DNA of 60,172 bases from Abditibacteriaceae bacterium (GTDB taxonomy: Bacteria; Armatimonadota; Abditibacteriia; Abditibacteriales; Abditibacteriaceae): assembly GCA_031372065.1 (NCBI GenBank), contig JANMKN010000308.1, positions 1-60,172 of the forward strand. The letters are read 5' to 3'. The translations under genes and the position numbers were made by a program. Below the pieces are notes generated by a model. That model made no database searches. It worked only from the letters and a program-made list of their open reading frames with translations, and had not been told where the DNA came from. This document shows positions 37,688 through 46,991 of the stretch, one piece after another. Each line of letters opens with the position of its first letter. Position 1 is the stretch's first letter.

Positions 37688-37966
37688 ATGCCCAAGAATT
37701 CTATGCGAACCAACGCAAATCGCGCGGATGACAAGGCCGGTATGGTGATTATGTTCGCCGCCATCGTGCTGATTGGCATCGCTGCCTTGCTTCTGGTGAA
37801 TGGTAACCGCACCGAAGTCGCGGAGGCTCCCACCACAGTCAACGTGCCCGTTAAGGCGTCCGTGCCACCAGTTCAACCGTCTAACGGGCAAAATACGGCG
37901 CCTGCCGCCAACGCGGGCAGCGGCAGCACTTTGCCATCCCAGAGCGAAACCGACACCGGAAGCTAA
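37688..37966 (+). CDS. Small single-TM protein with Pro/Thr-rich tail
   Basis: One hydrophobic segment then NRTEV; resembles next two genes. Confidence 0.6.
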   Translation: MPKNSMRTNANRADDKAGMVIMFAAIVLIGIAALLLVNGNRTEVAEAPTTVNVPVKASVPPVQPSNGQNTAPAANAGSGSTLPSQSETDTGS

Positions 37967-38130
37967 ACACTCTCTACCCTCTTCTACCTTCCTCCTTTAA
38001 AAGCGGTTGCAACTTGCGCGCACCACTTGGCATGGATTCTGCTTTACCAGTTTCAATCGTCTGATTCCAAAACTTGGCATCAATTCTGCAAAAGCACTGG
38101 ACAGACGTTAATTTCATGGAGGAAAGAAAA

Positions 38131-38427
38131 ATGGCTGTAGATTCTGAAGCTCGTTCCAGTGGCAATTCTGCCATCATCATTGCCTTGGTCGCATTAGTTC
38201 TGATTGTGGGAGGCGCCTTTGCCTTCTTCAATAGCAATCGCACCACGGAAGTCGTCGGTGTGCCAACCAGCGGTAGCACCACCGTAGTCAACAACCCGGC
38301 ACCGGCTCCTGCGCCCGATGTGCATATTGATGTTCCGGCTTCGCCCCCCGTTGTCGTTAGTGGCGGTGCGCCCAGTTCGTCCACCACGACCACCAAGACC
38401 GAAACCAAGACAAGTGACAGCAATTAA
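38131..38427 (+). CDS. Small single-TM protein with Pro/Thr-rich tail
   Basis: GGAGG RBS; MAVDSEARSSGNSAIIIALVALVLIVGGA. Confidence 0.7.
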   Translation: MAVDSEARSSGNSAIIIALVALVLIVGGAFAFFNSNRTTEVVGVPTSGSTTVVNNPAPAPAPDVHIDVPASPPVVVSGGAPSSSTTTTKTETKTSDSN

Positions 38428-38473
38428 CATTGCCCCAGTGCGGTATTGAGCCGCGCCCCAAGGAGAAATCACA

Positions 38474-38920
38474 ATGGCTTACGATCCCGAAGCCCGTTCA
38501 CAAAGCAATTCAGCCATGATTATTGGCGTTGTGGCCTTAATTCTTATCGTAGGAGGCGCGCTGGCCTATCTTTCGTCCAGCAAGACAACGCCCGATACGG
38601 TTGCCATCACCCCGGCGCCCGCTGACAGAACTGTGGTTGTCAATCAACCCGCACCAAATCCAGCAGCGCCCGTGGTAATCGAAAAAACCTCGCCTGTGAT
38701 CGTGACGCCCCCGGTGACAAAAACGATAGAATCGCACACTACCGTCACTCGTGACCGCGCTGTGGCACCTCCGGCTGCCTCACCGAATACGAAAACCGAA
38801 ACCAACGTCACGGTGAATATGCCAAAGGCCGATTCGCCCACCGAACCGAACAAGACGACTTTGCAAGCCCAATCGGGCACCAACGCCAGCGAACCAGAAC
38901 CCACCGTGGTGAAACCGTAA
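38474..38920 (+). CDS. Small single-TM protein with Pro/Thr-rich tail
   Basis: AAGGAG RBS; MAYDPEARSQSNSAMIIGVVALILIVGGA. Confidence 0.75.
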   Translation: MAYDPEARSQSNSAMIIGVVALILIVGGALAYLSSSKTTPDTVAITPAPADRTVVVNQPAPNPAAPVVIEKTSPVIVTPPVTKTIESHTTVTRDRAVAPPAASPNTKTETNVTVNMPKADSPTEPNKTTLQAQSGTNASEPEPTVVKP

Positions 38921-38935
38921 GACCTTCGCAAAACA

Positions 38936-38970
38936 AAAAGCCGCACCAATAAACATTGGTGTGGCTTTTT
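38936..38970. terminator. Bidirectional terminator
   Basis: aaaagccgcaccaat/attggtgtggcttttt. Confidence 0.75.
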
Positions 38971-38977
38971 GTTTCTA

Positions 38978-39062
38978 CGGAGAGAGAGGGATTCGAACCC
39001 CCGGAGACTTGCGCCTCAACGGTTTTCAAGACCGTCGCATTCGACCGCTCTGCCATCTCTCC
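38978..39062 (-). tRNA. tRNA-Ser(TGA)
   Basis: GGAGAGATGGCAGAGCGGTCG..CTTGAAA..long variable arm..GGTTCGAATCC; CCA not encoded. Confidence 0.96.
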
Positions 39063-39113
39063 TTGAACTTTTGAATTCTCAATTTTTAATTTTACATTTA
39101 AAAGTCAATTTTC

Positions 39114-39563
39114 TCAACGTCCGCCTGTGGAACCAAAACCACCTTCGCCGCGCGCCGTTTCATCTAATTCGCCCACTATTTTGATAATGGGTCGCTCCAC
39201 TTTCGCGATGACCATTTGCGCGATGCGATCCCCTTTTGCGACTTTAAAAGGTTCGCGGCCCAGATTCGTCAGAATCACACGAACTTCGCCGCGAAAATCG
39301 TGATCAATTGTGCCCGGCGAATTCATCAAAGTGATGCTATGTTTAATCGCCAGCCCTGAACGCGGCCTAAGTTGCGCTTCGTAGCCCTCACTGAGCGACA
39401 TCGAAAATCCAGTCGCTACCAAACGAGTTTCGGCGGGAGCAAGCACAGCGTCTTCGGCGGAACAAACATCCATGCCTGCTGCACCCGCCGTTTGATACTC
39501 TGGCAGTTTGATGTCTGCGTAACCGGGTTCAATCTTGAAACATAAAACAGGTTTAGCTTCCAT
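39114..39563 (-). CDS. dut: dUTP diphosphatase
   Basis: [36 protein letters not shown]. Confidence 0.96.
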   Translation of the reverse strand: MEAKPVLCFKIEPGYADIKLPEYQTAGAAGMDVCSAEDAVLAPAETRLVATGFSMSLSEGYEAQLRPRSGLAIKHSITLMNSPGTIDHDFRGEVRVILTNLGREPFKVAKGDRIAQMVIAKVERPIIKIVGELDETARGEGGFGSTGGR

Positions 39564-39574
39564 AAATTTCAAAG

Positions 39575-40150
39575 CTACTCGTCATCTTCCACGAATTTCT
39601 TTTCGATGCGACGCCGGCGGCGGGCGCGGCGCGCTTCCTGTTCGATGCCTTCTGTAGCCGCCGGGTGGTCTTCCAAGGCGATTTTCAAGGCATTTTTCTC
39701 TTCGCCGGAAAGCGGCTGTTGGGTTTTGCCGCCCAACACGGCCTTTCCAAAACAACGGCTTTCCTGACGCCCGAAAAGCGCCGTGATAATGGCGCCATTC
39801 AAGTCGCCATCAAGCATCGTGAGAGAAAACGATTGCTGCCCTGAGACATCATGGAACGCATCAAAGCGCACCATGCCAATGTGCTGCAAGCAACCTTGTG
39901 TTTTGTCGGTCAATTGCGCGAGGCGCACTTCGATGGCATCGCAACGCTGTTCAGCGCGGCGGCCTTCGACAATAGTGTTTTGCAACAAGGCTTCAAGGTC
40001 TTCGCCCGTCGCGCCAGTCATTAGGTGCCGCAATTGCTTCGACAAACTTTGCACACGCGTATTAAGCGACCAAAGCGTGAAAAGCTGAAACAAAACCAGC
40101 GCCGCCAAAGCAAGCACGATTTCACTCAGATGGCTGCGCAGAAACTCCAT
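39575..40150 (-). CDS. DUF4446-like membrane-anchored protein
   Basis: N-terminal TM, VRFDAF.DVSG.QSFSL..LD...NG, R.FGKAV..G....LS.EE. Confidence 0.75.
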   Translation of the reverse strand: MEFLRSHLSEIVLALAALVLFQLFTLWSLNTRVQSLSKQLRHLMTGATGEDLEALLQNTIVEGRRAEQRCDAIEVRLAQLTDKTQGCLQHIGMVRFDAFHDVSGQQSFSLTMLDGDLNGAIITALFGRQESRCFGKAVLGGKTQQPLSGEEKNALKIALEDHPAATEGIEQEARRARRRRRIEKKFVEDDE

Positions 40151-40186
40151 TGGATGCGAAAAACCGACGGCGAACGATTAAATTAA

Positions 40187-41329
40187 TTAAAAACGACGGC
40201 GCCCTTTGCCGCTCGAAGAAGGTCGCGGCGGAGTGCCTGCCGCCGATGCTCCGCTCGCAGGCGTTTCCGGCTTCACTACCGCTGTCGAGGCGGCATTAGA
40301 GGCCGAAGCGCCCGCCAATTTGGGGGCTGTTTCACGCGCCGGACGAGGCGCAGGTTTGGCCGCGCCTTTCTTGGACAAGTCCAAATTGTGCCACGCCACC
40401 AACACCATCGAAGCATTGAAAATCGAAGAATACAAGCCCGACGCGATGCCAATCAGCATAGCCAAGACGAAGTTATAAATGCTGTGCCCACCAAACATCA
40501 GCATGACGAACAGCATAATTAACACCGTCAAACCAGTGTTAATGGAGCGGCTCATGGTTTCGAGCAGTGAATCGTTCACAACGGTGTTGAATTCTTCGCG
40601 GCGGCGCAAGCGCAAATTTTCGCGGATACGGTCAAAAATAACCACGCTGTCGTTGATGGAATAACCCACAACTGTCAAAAGTGCCGCGATAAATGTGCCG
40701 TCTATTTCAACGCTTGGCCAAAAATGACCGATGAGCGCGAATAAGCCAATCAAAACGAAAACGTCATGCACCAGAGCGATAATGCCCGCGACGGCGTAGC
40801 GCAAGCCGCCACCGGCGAAGTTATAACGCAGATAAATCCAGCACGCGATGAGCAACACGCCCAAAACCACGCCATTGATGGCGTTGCGTCGCAATTCTTC
40901 GCCGACGACGGGGCCAACCAACTCGCGGCTGAGAGGCGTTAAATAAGACGCGTTTTCGGGCTTCTCTGCGGTTTTGGTAACCTCGACGATGGATTTTTTC
41001 ACCACGCGCTCATGGGCACGCAGTTCGGCATCGGTGCGCGCCAGCGTTTGAATGATGAAAGTGTTGCCGCTTGCAATTTGCACCTTGACTTTTCCAAGGC
41101 CATTTTTCTTGACAGCCTCTTCCAATTGCGAAACCATCGCTACCGAATCGGTGCTTTGCGCCGCCGGAGCGATGCGATATTGCAACTGGCCGCCGCCCTC
41201 GAAATCAATGCCAAGGTTTAGGTCAAACACTCGCCACGACACGAGTCCAATGACAATTACCGCCAGCGACAAGCCAAACCAAAGCCGTATTTTGCCAACA
41301 AGATCAATATTTTTTGCGCGAAAGTCCAT
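40187..41329 (-). CDS. secF: Protein translocase subunit SecF
   Basis: LGIDFEGG, VGPVVGEEL, GYSINDSVVIFDRIRE. Confidence 0.96.
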   Translation of the reverse strand: MDFRAKNIDLVGKIRLWFGLSLAVIVIGLVSWRVFDLNLGIDFEGGGQLQYRIAPAAQSTDSVAMVSQLEEAVKKNGLGKVKVQIASGNTFIIQTLARTDAELRAHERVVKKSIVEVTKTAEKPENASYLTPLSRELVGPVVGEELRRNAINGVVLGVLLIACWIYLRYNFAGGGLRYAVAGIIALVHDVFVLIGLFALIGHFWPSVEIDGTFIAALLTVVGYSINDSVVIFDRIRENLRLRRREEFNTVVNDSLLETMSRSINTGLTVLIMLFVMLMFGGHSIYNFVLAMLIGIASGLYSSIFNASMVLVAWHNLDLSKKGAAKPAPRPARETAPKLAGASASNAASTAVVKPETPASGASAAGTPPRPSSSGKGRRRF

Positions 41330-41343
41330 ATAATCACTTCGTA

Positions 41344-41409
41344 AATTTTGAATTCTTAATTTTGAATGAAAGGTTTTAATTCAAAATTCAAAATTCAAAA
41401 TTTAAAATT
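41344..41409. repeat. AT-rich heptamer tandem repeats in inverted arrangement
   Basis: (aattttg)-like units then (aattcaa)x3 between secD and secF; similar tracts near 31420 and 39065. Confidence 0.7.
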
Positions 41410-41413
41410 GTTG

Positions 41414-43450
41414 TTACTGTTTCTGCGACGCCATCGTTGCTTTGGTCGGCACGGAGGCGGCGAACAGGCCGCGATTTTTCTCGCCGGTGTTGACAATCGT
41501 CCACATAAACAAGCGCGTCACGCTGATGGCCGAGAACAAACTCAGCAAAACGCCAACTGCCAGAGTCAGCGCGAAGCCTTTGACCGGGCCGGTGCCCAAA
41601 TAAAACAAAACTGAGGCCGCGATGAGCGTGGTGACGTGCGAGTCGAGAATTGCCGTCCATGCCCGCGAAAACGCAGCGCGCAGAGCAGCGGCAAAGGTGG
41701 GCTGAATCGCCATTTCTTCTTTAAGGCGCTCAAACACCAAAATGTTGGTGTCCAGCGACATCGCCAGCGCCAGCAAAAAGCCCGCGATGCCCGGCAACGT
41801 CAGCGTCGCGCCCATTGTGATAAACGCGGCAAGGTTCAAAATACAATAAATAATCAACGCGCCGTTCGCCAGTAAACCGGGCAAGCGATAAAACGCGATC
41901 ATAAAGACCATCACGGCCAAAATGCCAATCAAGCCCGCAAAAAGGCTTTGATTCAGCGAATCGGCGCCCAGTGTTGCCGAAACAGTGCGGTTTTCGACCA
42001 CATCCAAGGGCGCAGGCAAAGCGCCCGAATTGAGCAGGTTCGCTAAATCTTGCGCTTCTTTGAGATCGGCGAAACCGCCCGAAATCTGTCCGCTGCCACC
42101 GGTAATCGCCGAGCGAATCGCCGGCGCGGAAATGCAGCGTTCATCCAAGAAAATCGGCATATAACGCCCGACATTTTGCGCGGTCAACACACCAAAACGC
42201 TGCGCGGCTTTGGATTGCAAATCGAAGAAAATCGCGGGCGTGCGGTCACGCTCATAGCCGGCAGAGGTGGTCGGCTTGAGATCGTCGCCTTTGATAATCG
42301 GCGTTGAATAGGGACGGTCATCGCGCGCCACTTCACTGGCTTTGATTTGGTTGCCCTTGTCGTCAAAAAACAAGGTGTTGTTGGGATCGTTGGGGTCTTG
42401 GTCGTGCGTAACGTTTTGCGCCAAGAGGCGAATTTGCAATTGCGCGGTGCGTCCGACTTGCTCAACTGCTTTTTGCGGGTCATTCACGCCGGGCAGTTGC
42501 ACAATGATGCGATCTGGCGGCTGCGCTTGAATGACCGGCTCGCTCACGCCCAATTTATCGACGCGGGCACGCACAATTTCCACAGTTTGTGCCAGAATGC
42601 TGGTTTGCGAAGTTTGGCTGCTGCCATCTTTCTTATCGCCGCGCGGGTCGAAGAATTGCGGGTCGCCGGAAGGCGCGAATTTAAAACTGCCCACGCTTTT
42701 GATCGCGTCATCAATGGCTTTCTTTTGCTGGCTGAATTCGCTGCGGTCTTTGGCCTGCGTGCGCACTTCGATGATGTTATCCGAACCGGGCCGGATAACG
42801 ACATCGGCGCGCTTCAAATCGGTGCTTTCAACCTTCGCCAGTGCATCACGAATGTCGGTGACCAGCTTATCGCGGTCTTCAACACGGTTAGGCAATGGCT
42901 TTTCCGCTTCGTAAGCATATAAAGCGCGCCGAATCTGCAAAACCAGATTCACGCCACCTTGCAAGTCGAGGCCGAGTTTAATGGCCGGAACCGGGCCTTT
43001 TGCGCCCTGATGCACCGGAAATATGGCATAGCGCCCGATAGTAAAGAGCGGTTTCACCGGAAATCCGTCGAATCCTTTCTCGGTTTGCTGTCCCATCGTC
43101 ACGCCTTTGAAGGGCTTACCTAACGCTTGGACAACGCGCTGCGCGCGGTCACGGGCTTCCTCGCGCGTGGTGGCGAAGTCTTGAATTGTCGCGCTTTTGG
43201 TGTCATCAGACGCAACAGCCAAAGCGCCGGGCAAACGCTCGGTCTTGAATTGCTCGTTGAGCGCCTTGTCGGCGGCGTCTACAGGCTTGGTTTTCTTGTC
43301 CACCAAGTCAGAAAAGGGTTTGGGAGCAGTGAGGTAAACAGTGTAGGCTTGTTCCTTGGGCGTGGAGCCGACCGGGAAGAAAATCACCAGCAGGCTGACA
43401 GCGACCAACAAAAACAATCCTAAATATTGAACAGGCCGGCTACGAAACAT
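41414..43450 (-). CDS. secD: Protein translocase subunit SecD
   Basis: LGLDLQGG, RVDKLGVSEP, LNSGALP, TLTLPGIAG, GPVKGFA. Confidence 0.96.
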   Translation of the reverse strand: MFRSRPVQYLGLFLLVAVSLLVIFFPVGSTPKEQAYTVYLTAPKPFSDLVDKKTKPVDAADKALNEQFKTERLPGALAVASDDTKSATIQDFATTREEARDRAQRVVQALGKPFKGVTMGQQTEKGFDGFPVKPLFTIGRYAIFPVHQGAKGPVPAIKLGLDLQGGVNLVLQIRRALYAYEAEKPLPNRVEDRDKLVTDIRDALAKVESTDLKRADVVIRPGSDNIIEVRTQAKDRSEFSQQKKAIDDAIKSVGSFKFAPSGDPQFFDPRGDKKDGSSQTSQTSILAQTVEIVRARVDKLGVSEPVIQAQPPDRIIVQLPGVNDPQKAVEQVGRTAQLQIRLLAQNVTHDQDPNDPNNTLFFDDKGNQIKASEVARDDRPYSTPIIKGDDLKPTTSAGYERDRTPAIFFDLQSKAAQRFGVLTAQNVGRYMPIFLDERCISAPAIRSAITGGSGQISGGFADLKEAQDLANLLNSGALPAPLDVVENRTVSATLGADSLNQSLFAGLIGILAVMVFMIAFYRLPGLLANGALIIYCILNLAAFITMGATLTLPGIAGFLLALAMSLDTNILVFERLKEEMAIQPTFAAALRAAFSRAWTAILDSHVTTLIAASVLFYLGTGPVKGFALTLAVGVLLSLFSAISVTRLFMWTIVNTGEKNRGLFAASVPTKATMASQKQ

Positions 43451-43575
43451 GGATGAATTGAAAAATTACCTTTCATGAGGCGTCCTTCCGCAAACCTTCC
43501 CGAAAAGAGCGCTATTAAAACATACCATTATGGTTCAAGACGGTCAACGCGCAGGAAATGCGTGGTAGAACGCCC

Positions 43576-44106
43576 TCAACCCGCCTGCATCAAACAAAAG
43601 TAGCCCGCCACGCACAATGCCAAAACCGCGCCGCCTAATAAATAAACGCGCGACGACGCTTCGCGCAAAGCCCACATATACGGCACGAAAACGATTTTAT
43701 GACCGCGCGAACCAACGCAATCCCAAAATAAATGACTGCCCACGCCCACGCAAATCCCCGTCGCCACACTGGTAAACGGCGCGTGCAGTAACAAAGGAAA
43801 CTTCTGCGCCAAACCGAAAAGAATCAGCGGGAAAAGCGCCGAATGACTCAGCCAATGCCGATGCGAGGCCGGGCCAAGCAATAAAACATCCCAATCGGGC
43901 AAGGGATAATGCAGAAATTTCAGCGGCCCTTTCTTCGCCCATTTGTCGGGCACAAAAAACAGCGCGCACGAAAATAAAATTAACGGAAGCAGATATTCTG
44001 GGCGTCGCAGCCAAAAATCCAATTCGCGGCCCGCCAATAGTCCCAACGTAGCCGAAAACGCCATCGCCGCCGCAAAATGCCACAATCCGGCTGTGAAATA
44101 GGTCAT
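43576..44106 (-). CDS. Membrane protein, possible metal-binding hydrolase
   Basis: LPDWD..HRHWLSHS..SHLFWD with several TM segments; ATG 44106. Confidence 0.6.
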   Translation of the reverse strand: MTYFTAGLWHFAAAMAFSATLGLLAGRELDFWLRRPEYLLPLILFSCALFFVPDKWAKKGPLKFLHYPLPDWDVLLLGPASHRHWLSHSALFPLILFGLAQKFPLLLHAPFTSVATGICVGVGSHLFWDCVGSRGHKIVFVPYMWALREASSRVYLLGGAVLALCVAGYFCLMQAG

Positions 44107-44156
44107 TTCTGCCCCCTTGCGCGTGAAAATAGGCTCAACGACACGAATTTCAAGTA

Positions 44157-44330
44157 TTACCCACGCCAAAGGTAGCTCTGCCAACGCTAATGGTAGCTCT
44201 GCCAACGCCAATGGTAATTCCGCCAACGGCGTTGGTAGCTCTACCTACGGAAAAGGTAAGACTACCAACGCCAAAGGTAGGACTACCAACGACAATGGTG
44301 GCGCTACCTTTTCCGTAGGTAGCGCCACCA
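44157..44330. repeat. 21-bp period palindromic array G (8 units, CT[A/G]CC-N9-GGTAG-N2)
   Basis: GGTA(G/A)/GGTGG at 44171,44192,44213,44234,44255,44276,44297,44318. Confidence 0.9.
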
Positions 44331-44360
44331 TTCTTGTTTGCAGTAGCCAAAAAGCGGCTT

Positions 44361-44777
44361 TTAGTGCCGTTTTTTGGAATAACGATGCGATTTGCGACTC
44401 TTGCTCTTGGTGCGATAACTGCCGTGGCGCGAAGACAAAGCCATGCCGCCCCCGCCGCTACCGCGCGAAATGACTTCATACGTCACCGGGCCAACCCCGC
44501 GCCCCAAACCGCCATAAAGCGCGCTAAAGGCACCAGTTGACAAATCGAGAATCCGATTGCCGTTAAACGGCCCCCAATCGTTGACGGTAACGACTATCGA
44601 GCGTCCCGTTTGCGGATTTGTCACCTTCAAAACCGAACCGCGCGGCTCATAACGCGCCGCAGTCACCATGTCGCTGCGGTGTTCGTTATACGCCGCTTGT
44701 CCGCTGCGTGCGTGGGCCACCGAACCAATAGTCAAGGTCACACCAAGCATCATTTTCCAACTTTTGTTGAATCGCAA
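44361..44777 (-). CDS. RlpA-like double-psi beta-barrel protein
   Basis: TAA..P.GS.LKVTN..GRSIVVTVNDWGPF..RILDLS..AF; AAAGGAGA before TTG 44777. Confidence 0.8.
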   Translation of the reverse strand: MRFNKSWKMMLGVTLTIGSVAHARSGQAAYNEHRSDMVTAARYEPRGSVLKVTNPQTGRSIVVTVNDWGPFNGNRILDLSTGAFSALYGGLGRGVGPVTYEVISRGSGGGGMALSSRHGSYRTKSKSRKSHRYSKKRH

Positions 44778-44879
44778 ATGAATCTCCTTTCGCGCCGCAG
44801 ATACCAAAATCGGGCGCGCTCACTGCTCAACATCTCTTAAACTTTAGCAATTCCCATCGCATAGCTCAAGGAATCATAA

Positions 44880-45854
44880 ATGGCGACAGCAATTATTTTT
44901 GGCGAATTATTGGTGGATATGGTCAGTCCGCCCGGCGCTTCTTTGGGCGAGGCGACGACCATTTTGAAGGCTCCGGGCGGCGCTCCGGCCAACGTCGCCG
45001 TCGGTTTGCAAAAACTCGGCGTGGAAACCGCGTTTATCGGCATGGTCGGCGACGACCCTTTTGGCACCCAACTACGCGACGTTGTGAAAATGGAAGGCGT
45101 AGATGTTTCGCATCTGCTTTCGCATTCCACGGCGCGCACCACAATCGCGTTTGTCGCCACGCGGCACGATGGCAAAAAAGATATTTGCTTTTATCGAAAC
45201 CCTGGCGCCGATGCCCAATTGCGGCCCGAAGACATCAATCCTGCGGTGTTCGACGGCGCGCGCTTGTTTCATTGCGGCAGCGTGTCACTTTCGCTGTCGC
45301 CATGCCGCGAAGCGCAATTCCACGCCGCGCAAACGGCACGCGAACGCGGTTTATTGATTTCCTACGACCCTAATTGGCGCCCGTCGCTGTGGCAAAACCA
45401 CGACGAAGCGCGCGAAATACTCTGGCAAATGGTGCCGCTGTCGGACATCGTTAAAGTCGCCGACGAGGAATGGGAATTTTTCACCGGCACGCCCGATTTA
45501 GCCGCAGGCGCCGCCAAAATCCGCGCGCAAGGCCCCAAACTCGTTGTCGTCACGCTCGGCGCGGATGGCGCATATTTCAACTGCGCAGGCGCCAACGGCG
45601 AAGTCGCAGGCTTTGCCGCGCGCGCCATTGACACTCTTGGCGCCGGTGATGCCTTCGTCGCCGGCCTTCTCAGCCGCCTGTTGCAGCATAAAACACTGAA
45701 CGAAGCCCTCAACGAGGCCACTTTGCGCGATATTTTGCGTTTCGCCAACGCCTGCGGTGCCATCGCCACGCAAACGCCCGGCGCCATTCCCGCCTTGCTC
45801 AAAGAGAAAGGGGTTGAAGAGTTTTTGAATACAAAGGCAGAGGACACGCTGTAG
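44880..45854 (+). CDS. PfkB family carbohydrate kinase (fructokinase-like)
   Basis: GGAPANVA, VGDDPFG, YDPNWR, DTLGAGDAF. Confidence 0.92.
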   Translation: MATAIIFGELLVDMVSPPGASLGEATTILKAPGGAPANVAVGLQKLGVETAFIGMVGDDPFGTQLRDVVKMEGVDVSHLLSHSTARTTIAFVATRHDGKKDICFYRNPGADAQLRPEDINPAVFDGARLFHCGSVSLSLSPCREAQFHAAQTARERGLLISYDPNWRPSLWQNHDEAREILWQMVPLSDIVKVADEEWEFFTGTPDLAAGAAKIRAQGPKLVVVTLGADGAYFNCAGANGEVAGFAARAIDTLGAGDAFVAGLLSRLLQHKTLNEALNEATLRDILRFANACGAIATQTPGAIPALLKEKGVEEFLNTKAEDTL

Positions 45855-46018
45855 CATATCCCGCCCAGCATTTTCGTGAAATTACCCGACAAAACGAAAC
45901 GGCTGCGCAAAATGCGCAGCCGTTAAGTCAACACGCGGTTCATCCCGCCATCGTGTTCAAGGGAAAATTGCCTGTCAAAACCAGCACTCGTTGGCTTGAA
46001 GGCTATAAATTGACGCGT

Positions 46019-46915
46019 TCACCGACCGTTGGGAGCAAGACCAGCCATATTACGCAAGCGGTCTATCGCTGCGGAGGCTTCGCTTTTGGTCAATTGTTCG
46101 ACGCGTTTGCCCAGCATTTTTTGCAACTCACTGTCCGTGTCCTGACTGAAGACGCGTCGTGCATAGCCGAGTATGGCGTTTTGCTGGGCCTCCGTCAAGG
46201 CGTTAGCCCCGCCGCCACCTGCAAACGCAGGGTTCGCTTCGCTTTGCGCCCGCGCTTCACGCGCTGGAATAAAGCCGCCCCGCTCTTCGCGCACCTCGCG
46301 ATTTGGCTCACGATTGGCATCGCGGCGTGGCGCGTTGCGGTCGTCCATGTCCATGTCTTCCAAATCCTGCGTAAACATCCCCGAAGCGCGCGTGGCGGAC
46401 AATGTAGCGTCCACCAAAGCGCGTTTCTTGGACATTTTCAGGATTGTATTGGCAACATTCGCCGCGTCTTGATTTTTGTAGCGCCGCTCGCGCGAATTAC
46501 AACAGCCGATGCCTTCGGCTTCGACTTGCCCGTTGCGCTTGTTAAGCAACGTTACTTTGACCTCGTAAGACACAAAGCCTTTGTCCCAATCTTCGACGCG
46601 GTTGATCACTTCGACAACCGGCGCGAGGCCAAAAATCGCGTTCAACTTTTCGGCGCCCGCTTTGAACAGTGTCGGCTTGCCATTCGTGCCCGGCACGATG
46701 CCATAATCCTCGCCTTCGACCATGTGACCGCGCACGAAGTCGGCTAACATCCGCACACGGCGGTTTGCCTCCTCCAAGCTCACAGCGAAATCGGGAAAAA
46801 CGTCCACGGAAGGTGCCATATTCGATGCCTCTGCCATTGAAATCACTCCAGTTTCCACCACTCGATTTTCCGGTGCCACCACGCTGTTGCTGACGCTTGT
46901 CGTTCCGTTTTTCAT
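46019..46915 (-). CDS. Phage-like putative DNA annealing/recombination protein
   Basis: DYG.VPG..KPTLFKAGAEKL, NTILKMSKKRALVDA, FTQDLED, C-terminal LTEAQ...LTKSEASAAI. Confidence 0.55.
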   Translation of the reverse strand: MKNGTTSVSNSVVAPENRVVETGVISMAEASNMAPSVDVFPDFAVSLEEANRRVRMLADFVRGHMVEGEDYGIVPGTNGKPTLFKAGAEKLNAIFGLAPVVEVINRVEDWDKGFVSYEVKVTLLNKRNGQVEAEGIGCCNSRERRYKNQDAANVANTILKMSKKRALVDATLSATRASGMFTQDLEDMDMDDRNAPRRDANREPNREVREERGGFIPAREARAQSEANPAFAGGGGANALTEAQQNAILGYARRVFSQDTDSELQKMLGKRVEQLTKSEASAAIDRLRNMAGLAPNGR

Positions 46916-46948
46916 CACGAACTCCTTTGCTCACTAAATTCAAAACAT

Positions 46949-46977
46949 AGTGTAACAAAGCGACGAAATGTTTTCAA
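46949..46977 (-). promoter_or_regulatory. Putative sigma70 promoter
   Basis: TTGAAA-17 bp-TACACT with extended -10 TG; overlapped by AAAACAT...ATGTTTT inverted repeat. Confidence 0.55.
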
Positions 46978-46991
46978 CAAAATGAATGAAA

